A stretch of DNA of 64,000 bases from the human T2T-CHM13v2.0 reference genome, Homo sapiens, in the NCBI RefSeq assembly GCF_009914755.1, contig NC_060936.1, one strand, 5' to 3'. This document shows positions 26,831-38,107 of the stretch, in pieces. The position numbers and the translations under genes were made by a program. Every line of letters begins with the position of its first letter. The stretch's first letter is position 1. Below the pieces are notes generated by a model. The model saw only the letters and a list, made by a program, of their open reading frames with translations, had not been told where the DNA came from and did no database searches.

Positions 26831-27889
26831 AATGTTCTTGTGAATATTAAAATAGATTCTGGAAAAATGCTGTGGGATAATACATTTTTACCTCTAGTGC
26901 TTCCCTAAGATAAAATATATTTAATTTGAGTAAGTGTTAAAATCAGAATATTTCAGATACCATGTAGAGTCAATTTGAGTACCAGATAGTCAACATTTCT
27001 GGGGTGAAATAAGTCAGTCTCTAGACTTTCTTCAAGAACTTTACCAATATTCTATTTGGGCTTTTAATCATGTATATAATTCACCCTAGTAACCCCTTAG
27101 CAACAGACTGTGATATGCAGATAGGATGCAAATTATCAGGTGAAGAAAGTAGAGAAATGCAGAAGCAAGATTTGAGGTTAATTGTGGTAGAATTTAAAAT
27201 TGTGGCCAGGAACAGACTTCATTATCCTCCTTCTTTTTGCTTCCAGAAAAGAATCTGCACAGGTGTATTTACCTAGGTGATCTCCAGTATGGCGATTCTT
27301 AATTGTCCATCTCAGCTTTTGGAATATGTGGAAAGCCAGGCTCTGATCTGGATAATGACACAAGGATGTTGGCAGATTATTATGTCTCTTGATTTCAGGG
27401 AGTTTAGCTTTATTTTTGTAGTGAGGTGCATTAGTTGAGGAAGATCCAGTACCAGATGGTAATGTTGGCTGGGAGTGGTTTTCTCACCTACATTTGGCAG
27501 CTTTACTCGGAAGTGGTGCTTTCAGTGCCTGAGACTTCCAGTCTATGCTACTTAACATGATCATTGGGAAGCTTTAGGTGGTATAGAAGCAATGACACAT
27601 CTCATTAAAGGTCCCATAACTATGAACATCTGACATCTGTGCTGCAAATAGGACTGAATAAAGCCTTCAAGTGGTTACAGATTCAAAGGGTATGTTGTTT
27701 TTTAAAGGCACGGCTGAAATTCGTTATATTTACCAGTCTTGTAATTTCTAGAGGCATTTTTGACTGGAAGACATAGATTACACATTAATAAACTGCTCCT
27801 TTCAAAGATGACCTCCTCCTAAATGGGTTCCCTCTTTCCCAGCATTTAGACAATGGTTTCAGCTGATGGCTTATCCATGATTTAGCAAT

Positions 27890-28110
27890 AATCATAACAA
27901 TAGCTATCATAATTTGATACCTATAATATGCTAGGATACTTTATATATAAGTGATACAATAGCTCTCCAAGATATTCCCACTTTGTGGATGAGGAACCTG
28001 GGGCTCTGAGGAATTAAGGAACTTGCCAAAGACCATAAAACTCCTAAGTGACAGAGCCAGGATTCTGCCAGCTGTCTGGTTGCCCAGTGGAGTCTCTGTC
28101 CATCTTGTCA
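27890..28110 (-). mobile_element. MIR SINE
   Basis: GATGAGGAACCTGGGGCTCTGAGGAATTAAGGAACTTGCCAAAGACCA core. Confidence 0.7.
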
Positions 28111-29409
28111 CCAGCCCCCGCACTGTGTACAGGAATGGAATCAGCATTCATTGCTATAAACTGCAGTAAGGTAAGTGAACATTCATAAAAGTTGGCCTGT
28201 AGTTTAGTATTTAAACTGGAAAAATAAAAAAAGGCAAGACAACCAGATTCAGCCTTCAAGGATCTTACCATCCAGTTCTTTTATCACATTAAAAAATAAC
28301 AGCCTGATTCTTTATACACATTTCTAGATGCTTTAAATTTTTAAAATAGTGAGCTGTTTAGTGAAATCAGAAAATAATTTTTAAAAATCTAAATATGTTC
28401 ATCCTAAATTTGGCCTGGTTCCTTACAGCTGCAGAAATTCATTTTCACCCCATTCCCCATCCCCCTTCCTGAAGCCCTAAAGCACACACCCAGTGGGAGT
28501 CCCCTCTGTTTCCCAAAGGAAATATTTCATTCATATAATGTCTCCTTTGTAATCAACACTGAGAAATGTCACTTTGATTAAACACAACTCTGAATGACTA
28601 AGACCACAGTACAATAAATTCTCCAGAGCTATCTTTCAGAACAACTGATTGCTCTCCAGTCTTAATCCTCCAGAGTCTTATTTAATCAAAATGATGTTGC
28701 TAATTAAGGATTAAAACCTCCGAATAGAATAAAAAAGAAGGATTTTTCTTTCTCCTTTGGGCAGGTCAAGGAGGCAGAATTTGCTGCAAGGAAGTAAAGA
28801 GTCCCTTCTACCTTTGGTAAGACTGCATTGTTCTCTGACATTAGGACTTAATCCAAAATAGGGCTGAGTGCTTTGTAATATTAATATAATTGGAGAAAGA
28901 AAAAAGGGGAGCAAGAGAAAGAAAAAGAAAGAAAGAGAGAGAAAAGAGGAACTGCCTCGGAGAGCTACATATGCCTATACATACACATATAGACACTATT
29001 TACTCTAAAAATGGACAATGTAGCTCACATCTGTTTGACATCCACTGATAGATAACAAAGAATAACAAAGAAGTTTTATACTAAATTCTTAACTACCCTC
29101 CCTTAAGATCCATATATTAATTTGTTTTCTTGAATTTGTATTTGGTAATATAAATTGTTTCCTTAAAAAACACAAAAACCGACGAACTCCATAAGAACTC
29201 GTTGGGAGAGACAAAGATTCACAGGAAGGCTGTTTGATTTTCATGGAATATAAACTCTTTTAGGTGTTGGGAGCGAACTGGGTGAGAAACAGAGATGCTG
29301 GGTGATGCTTTAACAAATTGCAAAATACTTCTTTCATCTTTGCATCTTCTCTCTGCATTGGCCTAGAAATTTATAATCTCTGCCAAATTAGTCTATTACA
29401 ATACAGACA

Positions 29410-29630
29410 TACTAACAGCTACCATTTTTTGATCACTTACTATGTGCCAAGTTCTTTGCCAGCAATACACATGGTGTTACCTCTAATAAAACCGGAGAAG
29501 AGGAGGTATTATCCCCCTTCAGAAATGAATAAACTGAAGTAGAGAATAAATGACTAGGTCAAGGTCAGTCAGCCTGTGTTAAGCAGAGTCCAGACTTCCA
29601 CCCAGGTCTCTTTGGTTCCAAAGCCACATT
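29410..29630 (-). mobile_element. MIR SINE
   Basis: TTACTATGTGCCAAG...ATTATCCCC..CAGAAATGAATAAACTGAAG...AAGGTCA core. Confidence 0.7.
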
Positions 29631-29898
29631 CTATTCTGCAGGACAAGGCACTTCAAATCTTTTTACCTGGAGGATAAATGTGTCCGCGTGTGTTGGGAAG
29701 GTGCTGGTGAGTTGTACTGGTCTGCATGAGACTTAGAAGCTCCTGTGATTACTGACTGAATCATCATCACAGATTCATCACATCATCACTTAGCCCAATT
29801 CATCACAAAGACTGAGCAACTACTACCCAAATGGAATCAGAAAGTAAACAGTGAGAATGGTCATAAGCCTCTTTTCTCTCCTAGCCAGTGCTACTTAC

Positions 29899-30121
29899 CA
29901 GTTAAAAAAAGACATCGTTTTTTGTGATCCATACTCCTGAAGGCCAAAAGCACCCAGTGGACAGACGATGGCTCTTACGCCTCCAATGCCAAGGCAAATG
30001 GTCAGCAGTGCTACATAAAACAGCCTGTGCTGCTCTGTTTTTGGTATGTTGTTAACTGCATGGTAAGTGCCCAGATAGAAATCTTCCAAGGGAAAAGCCA
30101 CCACAGATAACAAAGCAGTGC
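29899..30121 (-). CDS. SLC15A5: SLC15A5 coding exon 2
   Basis: Polypyrimidine tract plus CCTACAG| acceptor. G|GC completes Gly121. Reads GTALLSVVAFP...LGIGGVRAIVCPLGAFG...SFFNW. Donor TG|GTAAGT. 223 nt, phase 1 to 2. Confidence 0.96.
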
Positions 30122-33100
30122 CTGTAGGTGGAGAAAAAAAAAGAGTAAATGTAGCATAGAACAAGTGGATCACCAAATCACATTTTAAACAGGGTTTTTC
30201 TCTGACAGTGGCATCATTTTGTGATTGTCTTATCCAAACATTTATGGTAGTCATTGCAATTTCAGGGATAGCCTGATGTTTTCCAATTGTAAAAATTTCC
30301 TTCAATATGTGTCTTAACTAATCCGGAGTTTTAGGTTTTTTTTTTTCTCCTCAAGCTTGAACTATGTTTTCTCTCAGAATGTATGAGCAAATCATGTTTA
30401 TTTTGCCAAAATTAAAATAACTCAGGAAAGCATTGTATAAAAAATGAAGCTGTTAGTATTCCCACCCCCAGAGAAAACCACTGTTAATAAAGGTTATTTG
30501 TTCTTAATCAATCGAGTGACAGAAAACACCATGATCTCACACATCTCAGAAGCTTATTACCTAAAAGCTTTTAAGAAGAACATTATCAGAGTTAGAGGAG
30601 AACACAGCCTTTTTTTTTTTCTTTCCTACTTCTGTTTCTCCTTGTAATGTCTTTCTTATTTCTCTTATTTCTCACACAGCTGGATGGAGCCTTCTTTGCC
30701 ACAAACAGAGTTGAGAAAGCTGGGGACAGAGGAGTGTGAGTGGAAGGAGAGGGGACCTAAAGTGACAAAAGAAGGTCGAGTATCCTTCTCTCTTCCACCT
30801 TGCAGGGACCACACTTGATGACTTTCCTTGTCTAATAAAAATAACTATACAATTCCATGCTTTTGCTAAGCTCTTTATATTTTGCCAAGCATGCTCATGG
30901 ACTATATTGTTTCATCTTGGAAAAACTTTGTGATGTGAGTGGATAGATTTTCTTATTCAATTTTTTTTTAAAGAAATAAGTTCAGTGAGATTAAGTGGCT
31001 TGCCCAATGTTATAAAGTAACCCAGTTGTAATCTCCCTCTTCTTGGACCTCCTACCATCAAGTAGTCAAATAAATTTTTTTTTTTTTTTTGGAAATAGCA
31101 TTCCCCCCCATCAGATTACAAAAGTAATACATTCTTACTTCAGAAAATTTGAAAAATAGAGGAAAGCACTCAGAATAATACAAAAGGCCCATAATCTCAT
31201 TACTCAGAGATCATCTTTACATATATAATTTTACTTTTATAAAATAAAATATTTTAAAAATATTTATATTTTACTTAAAAATATTTTACTTATATATAAA
31301 TATATTTTATAAATGTATTTTACTTAAATAAATTGAGGTTACACTGTTGAGTTTTTAATGTAACCAAATAATATGAACAATTTTTAAAATACCTTTATAC
31401 TTTTCCAACATGATTTCTAGTGATGATGTGATATTCTAATCATAATGTGTTTTAAAATACCTTTTCAGTTATTTTTAAATGAATACTGTAAAATACCCTG
31501 ACACATAAGTTTTGTGCACATCTTTATTAGCCTAAGTTCTCAGTCAAAGGCATTCCTATTTTTATTGCTTCTTAATACCACTGGCAAATGTTCTTTAACA
31601 ATGCAACAAGTTAATCTCCTACCATCATTGTATGAGAAGATCTTCATTCATACTAGTTAGCATCATTAATTTTTTTGTTTTGATGATTCGATTAGTGAAA
31701 AATGGCTCCTCCATGTTCGTTTTGCTCTTCATTTTATTAATTTGGCATTAATGTTATTTGGTATAAATTTTTATACAGTTATTTCATGTGATTTGTTTTC
31801 TCAATTAGATTATAAATTCCTTACAGATAAAAATTTGGTCTAATGCTTCCATCTCCCCTACAGAGGCTTTCACAATGTAAAGACTATATGCCCTTAATAG
31901 CTATTTGGCAACAGATTCATTTACCATGAGGTGAGCCCTTTAAATTATTGAGTTTGAAATGTTCCCTTTTAAGGTTAGCCAGATATGAAACTAACTGCTC
32001 TCTTTCTACCACTTAGTCTTCTCTTCTGTAGGTGTGACGTGAGGCCTGGCTAGACAAAGGGATGTCCAAAGAGGAGGGACAGGACAACTATTTCATGCAG
32101 GAACTATTAGGAACAAGGCACTTTTAGTTTGAATGATATATTTGTGTAACTTAGGCACTTTACTTCCATCTTTTGAGAAAATGTCATAATAGGCTGATTG
32201 TGTTAAATCAAAACTTTATCCCTATCTGTTGTAAAATGATGCAGTAAAGAGACAAAACAATGACATATATGAAGAAAAGTCTCCTCTGTGATGTGTGCAA
32301 TTGTGTATCTCATCATCAGTATGCCTGCATTTAGTAGCTCTGTAGAAGCACCATGATGTGTCATACCCCCTGCCAGGTGATGGGGGTCCGCTGAAGGAAA
32401 TGTTGAGTCCATCAGAGAAGTCAGCCATGCAGGTGGACAATTATATTATAAAGTGATGGATGCAATCGTATAAGTATTATATGGGTGTGGTTGAACACAG
32501 AGAAGCTAGCAACAAACACTATTTGGTTCTTGAAAGAATAGCAGGAGTTTTCCAATCATGGATAAGGGATGGAAAGATAAGGGAAGGTGACAATTTCAGA
32601 AAGAGAGAAGAGCATGTACAAGATTAGAAAACTAGGGAAGGAGGCCAGGAGAAGTTAGCAAGGTTGGGGTTGCGTGTTGAACAACAAGTCTAGAGAGGTG
32701 AACTTAGAATAGGTTGGTAAGGTTGTTGTATGCTAAATTAATAAGTTTGGATTTCATTTTTTAGATAATAGAAGCAATATAGAGATTTATTTGTTCAGGA
32801 AGTCAGTGTTGTTGGTAGAATGGAGTACAAGCTGGAGACTGACTGAGAACTGGCAGCCGAGTAAGTAGGCCATTGGAATGGTTAAAAAGAAGAAAGCTGC
32901 ATTTTTTCAGCTAGGGTAGTAGCAATTCAGACAGAAGACCTTTCTTATATATAACCTCTGAAATTTAGTGACAGTTGGAATTTGATGGCAGCTGTAAGTG
33001 GAGGGCAACAAAGAAATAACTTTTAGTAAAAAAATGAATGGATGTAGAGTTGACTTAAGTCTTTTGTTTGCCAGATTCCAAAGTTGGGATTTCCATCCTG

Positions 33101-34463
33101 TCTGATGACTGACCTCAGAATTTAGACTGATAGAAATTACCATGTTAAACAAGAAGTCAACAAATGCTACTGGTGTGGCCTGTTACCAAGGTAAGCAGAG
33201 TAAATTAGTCTGGGATTTGCTTAAATGTCTTCTTATCAGAAAACTTTTTCTCGGTACCAAGTAGCAGCCTCATCACCATCCATTCCATCCTGTCCCCCTA
33301 CCCAGCTTTATTTTTCCATCCTAACTCATTGCCACATGACATCATATCTATTTCCTCTTTTATTTTCTCTCTCCCTGCACCAAAAAGTCAACTTTAGCAG
33401 GAACAGACGACTTTCTTCTCTATTGCATTTCCAGACCCAGAATAATGTCTGGTACAGAGTAGTCAATAAGAAATATTTGTTGAATGTTGAGTGATTATTT
33501 GCCATGCAGTGACCTAGTTTTTATTCCACAGAACTAAAGCTGTGAAGTTTCCAGGTTTGACTTAAACTCCAATGGATTCTCTGAATGGTAATTTACCACC
33601 TGCCTGAGATTGTGTGATATGTTGAGTACCTGATATCTATCCATCTCTTTCTCATCTGTCCCCCTACCAATACTCATTTCAGCTGCACTTCTCATTATTG
33701 GTGAACAGCATGCTATATTCCCAAGTTGCTCAGATCAGAAACTTGGAGCTAATTTTTGACCCCCATCACATTTGTACCTTTATTTAGTTGCCTTACAGCT
33801 TTTCACTTGTTCTCTCCTGAATTGGCACTTTATTGCTTAAACCATCATCCTGAGATTTTCTGATCTCTCTCTATTTAATTCCTCACTGTGGTTGTCCATC
33901 CTGTATTGCAGAATAGCATTTCTCAAATGTTGTTTTCATGATATTTTCAGAGACTTCTTGTTGCTTAAGAAGAATAACTTGAACTTTTCAGTTTAAAATT
34001 CTAGTCTGTTCTTCAAGTTGCTCTCTATTTCTTATTAAACTATCTTGATATTTTCCCAGCATTTCTCACAATTGGTCCCAAACTTTTGCAGATATATATT
34101 AGTATATATGTAAAGATGCACACTATAGTATCTAATTTACTCATTTCTAAAGCATATAATCATAGTTAAAAATATAGAAATCATGCCATCATATGCAATC
34201 TTAATTACTATATGACTAATTAAAAGACCACCTTTGGATAAAAACATTTCTCAATTATTTTACATGAACTTCAAAAACCTTTTTTAGCACATTTCATCTT
34301 AGTTGTGAAGCAAATACATTTCACATTTCTGAGGGAATTTGTCATGAATTTAGGCTTGAGGTAAAAAGGTTTTGGGAAAGGAGGGCATTCTAAGGAGTAA
34401 GATAGATATGTAAAGGAGTAATTATTATAAAATATAAATGCAATGATATAGGCACAAAGCATT

Positions 34464-34468
<5 letters not shown>

Positions 34469-34493
<25 letters not shown>
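34469..34493 (+). repeat. (AC)12 microsatellite in SLC15A5 intron 1
   Basis: Read directly, about 175 bp from the exon 1 donor. Confidence 0.95.
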
Positions 34494-34495
<2 letters not shown>

Positions 34496-34667
34496 CTTAC
34501 TAGCATTCTTCAAATAGTACAAAGAATGAAATACATTGAACCCACATTCTTACTTCATTTATCACATTTTATGCTAAGAGCAGAGTGAAAATAATATAAA
34601 CTAAAAATTCTAACAAAAATCTACTTAATTAAGTCACAAAACAATCCAGTCAGCAGAGGACACTCAC

Positions 34668-35028
34668 CTAGAAAATGTAGAAACAAGCAAATATACACCA
34701 GTTTGTTTCTTCCTAAATAGACATCAGTGAGCCATCTGACAAACACAGGGGTAAGTATTGAAGTTCCAATAAAACACAAGTTTAAGATGGCTGCTTGGCA
34801 ATTGTGATAGCCAAGCTTGATAGTGCAAAAGGGGATCATGTTGCAGACGACTTCAAAGAACGTGAACCTCTCACACAGCTCCACCAGAAGCAAGCAGATT
34901 CCAACCTGAATTTTTTTCACAGAGTGTGAGGAACACAAATCGCCAATATGTCTTACAGTTTTCTCCTTCTCAATGCTGTGATATAAGTGTACTTTCTCAT
35001 CAGTTATGGTAAAGCCTGTAACAGACAT
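34668..35028 (-). CDS. SLC15A5: SLC15A5 coding exon 1 (codons 1-120 plus 1 nt)
   Basis: ATG at 35028 (GTAGTC-ATG, G at -3). Translates [16 protein letters not shown]...[10 protein letters not shown]...[11 protein letters not shown]...LHFL, with a POT ExxER motif and a PTR2-like D-x-x-LGR. Donor CTAG|GTGAGT at 34668/34667. 361 nt, phase 1. Confidence 0.96.
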
Positions 35029-35300
35029 GACTACCCTCCTTGAACAAAACTTATGTTAGTGGTTTGAACTTGGTGATATTTTGAGCCCCATCCCTCTGAT
35101 GAAAAAAATAAGAACGTTGCTTTGAATTTCACATCTCCATGCTAGAATTTCATAAGGTTTGTTTTTTGCACATGGACGTTGTTCCTTTTGATGATCCAAG
35201 AGCATGAGTATTTAAATGTTCACAGTAGCTCAGTGTACCCAAATCTGATTTGTTTGCTTAATTACTTAGCGGCTAAATTAGGATCGTCCTCCAAAATTGT
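35029..35300 (-). promoter_or_regulatory. Putative SLC15A5 5'UTR/proximal promoter (non-CpG-island)
   Basis: Unique sequence upstream of the ATG. TATA-like TTTAAATA on the minus strand at about 35209-35216 and a forkhead-like TGTTTGC at 35251-35257. The TSS cannot be determined from sequence. Confidence 0.3.
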
Positions 35301-36549
35301 ATTGAATTACATGAATCCAGTTGCAAACATGTGGAAACTCATCTGCCTCATACTGATAAAGGTTTAAATATTGAGGCAGAAGAAGCAGGTTTTCGGGAGA
35401 ATTTGAGCACTAGATCAAGAAATAATTTGAGTCTAATAATTTCTGATACTTTAATTAAACAAGCCAGAACAGTACCAAGAGATAAAGCGCAAAAGGAAAT
35501 CTGTTTTGAAGGGCACGATATCTTATCATTATTACATTTCTTGTTATTTTTGGTTGGAATTCTGATAAGAAACTTAATTAGGTAACAAAAGTGCTAGTAC
35601 ATTTAGGTAACAAGCAGAGTTTACAAGAAAGTAATTTAAGTGCACTAATGAAAGGAGAAAATATTAAACGAAACCCTGCTTCCTTTTAGTTGACCCCATG
35701 CTTGTAGAACAGCCTCTCAGAGGAAATCAGAATCAAAAGGTGCTATTTAACTCCTTTATTATTAATCAGTAGTCAGGGATACAGCAACCAGCCTACACAG
35801 GCTTTGGGGAATATTGGATCTGGTATCACCCTGACCCTTCAGCTGGGTGAATGGGTGTTAGCATTCTATTTTGGAAAGCAGGAGGGCCAATTAAGCTAAA
35901 AAAGCAGCAGTGAAAGAGAACACCTTAACATTTAGTGGCTTAGCTGCAAGGACATAGAAAGAAAAGGGACCGGAACTATTGGGTCAAAGTCATAATAATT
36001 CAACACTTGAGTATAGGAATGTTATTTTCATGCTGTAGTCAAAACCTAAAGACCAATAGGGACTTTTGACTCTGGTTCTCATCTTTTGGTTGTGAGAGAC
36101 TGGGGGCAAAATACTCTGTTTTGACCCCTTCTAATAGCCTCATTGTAATGGTAGCTATTTGTCTCTGCTCAGCATTGCTACTTTGGTAACGATGCCCTAA
36201 ATTTCCTTTGTGTAAATTGATCATGCAATTTATGATCCAAACTTGGACAGTTTTGTGCAGGTGAAAAGTGATGCTATTTATGGTTACTCCTAAAAAAAAA
36301 AAAACAGTTATAAACTGGGACTGTCCAGGGCAACACTCTAACATGTGTTCACCCTACCTTTGGAGAATGACTCCTATCTATTACCTGAGATCATGGTGGG
36401 GCTGTTGATCAGCATATGCCTTTTCTTCTAACCAAGTGGGTCAACACCCGGTCTAAGATAGTCCTTTTACTTTTCTCCTGTGGAATTTTAATCTTGAGTG
36501 GAATGACTTAAGAATGGGCATGGTGGCAGCTGAGTTATTCAGATGGCAG

Positions 36550-36912
36550 TGTATTAGTCTGTTTTCATGCTGCTAATAAAGACATATCCGAGACTGGATA
36601 ATTATAAAGGAAAGAGGTTTAATGGACCTACAGTTTCACCTGGCTGGGGTGGCCTCACAATCATGACGGAAGGCAAAAGGCGTTATCTTACATGGCAGCA
36701 GGCAAGAGAGAAAAATCGTAGCCAAGCGAAAAGGGAAACCCCTTATAAAACCATCAGATCTAGTGAGACTTATTCACTACCATGAGAACAGTATGGGGGA
36801 AACTGCCTCCATGATGAAAATACCTCCCACTAGGTCCCTCCACAATACTTGGGAATTATGGGAGTTACAATTCAAGATGAGACTTGGGTGGGGACACAGT
36901 CAAATCATATCA
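36550..36912 (-). mobile_element. THE1 solo LTR, inserted in an older MLT1-like LTR
   Basis: Reverse complement of a THE1 LTR (TGTATTAGTC...CATATCA on plus). GCAG flanks both ends. Confidence 0.9.
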
Positions 36913-37229
36913 GCAGTACCCAAAAGGGACTGCCCATGAGGCCCTGATGAACTCAGCACCTCCCTGATTCTTTTTCTTCTGGAGCCACGATTACTTTTTC
37001 CTTCTGTAGAAGGCTCAAAGAATTCCCATTAATTTTGGTTTGATTTAGTTAGCCCCATTTGGCTTGTGTGGCTTACAAAGAACCCTAAATGATACTTTAC
37101 TTTTTTGTTTACCCTAGATGCAAGGGCAAGCTGTTCTCTAGCCACTGGCTGATTTCTTTAGACCCTGACAAAGTGCTCCTTCCTAAGCAGAGTAGCACTG
37201 CTCTTTCCCAGGGCCTGATGATGATCCCA

Positions 37230-37334
37230 TCTGGATTGTTTGGCTCCTCTCTGTATACTTGCTCAAGATCAGGCTCCATTTGCATTTGAGCCTGATCTTG
37301 AGCAAGTATACAGAGAGGAGCCAAACAATTCAGA
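37230..37334. repeat. Inverted repeat, 47-bp arms (46/47), 11-nt spacer
   Basis: Arms at 37230-37276 and 37288-37334, aligned manually. Confidence 0.95.
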
Positions 37335-38107
37335 CTGGCCATCAGAGAAATGCAAATCAAAACCACAGTGAAATCTCACACCAGTTAGAATGGTGATCAT
37401 TAAAAAGTCAGGAAACAACAGGTGCTGGAGAGGATGTGGAGAAATAGGAACACTTTTACACTGTTGGTGGGACTGTAAACTAGTTCAACCATTGTGGAAG
37501 TCTGTGTGGTGATTCCTCAAGGATCTAGAACTAGAAATACCATTTGACCCAGCCATCCCATTACTGGGTATATACCCAAAGGATTATAAATCTGCTGCTA
37601 TAAAGACACATGCGCACGTATGTTTCTTGCGGCACGATTCACAACAGCGAAGACTTGGAACCAAGCCAAATGTCCAACAATGATAGACTGGATTAAGAAA
37701 ATGTGGCACATATACACCATGGAATACTATGCAGCCATAAAAAATGATGAGTTCATGTCCTTTGTAGGGACATGGATGAAACTGGAAACCATCATTCTCA
37801 GCAAACTATCGCAAGGACAAAAAACCAAACACCGCATGTTCTCACTCATAGGTGGGAATTGAACAATGAGAACACATGGACACAGGAAGGGGAACATCAC
37901 ACACTGGGGCCTGTTGTGGGGTGGGGGGAGGGGGGAGGGATAGCATTAGGAGATACACCTAATGCTAAATGACGAGTTAATGGGTGCACCACACCAATAT
38001 GGCACATGTATACATATGTAACAAAACCTGCACGTTGTGCACATGTACCCTAAAACTTAAAGTATAAAAAAAAAAAAAGCATTACAAATCAGCAAGAAAA
38101 AAAAAAA
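37334..38107 (+). mobile_element. 5'-truncated L1PA (L1PA4-like) 3' end
   Basis: ORF2 C-terminus (37620..37862), G-rich 3'UTR, CTAATGCTAAATGACGAG, poly-A. TSD AAGATCAGGCTCCA at 37265-37278 and 38108-38121. Confidence 0.93.

Noticed and set aside
29700-29808. Possible intronic box C/D snoRNA (several RTGATGA on the minus strand)
   Set aside because: No box D (CTGA) at a suitable distance downstream and no terminal stem.
29895-30305. N-terminal extension of the ORF overlapping exon 2 and read-through tails of the exon 1 and exon 4 ORFs
   Set aside because: Intronic in-frame run-through beyond canonical splice sites. Only the spliced portions match the transporter.
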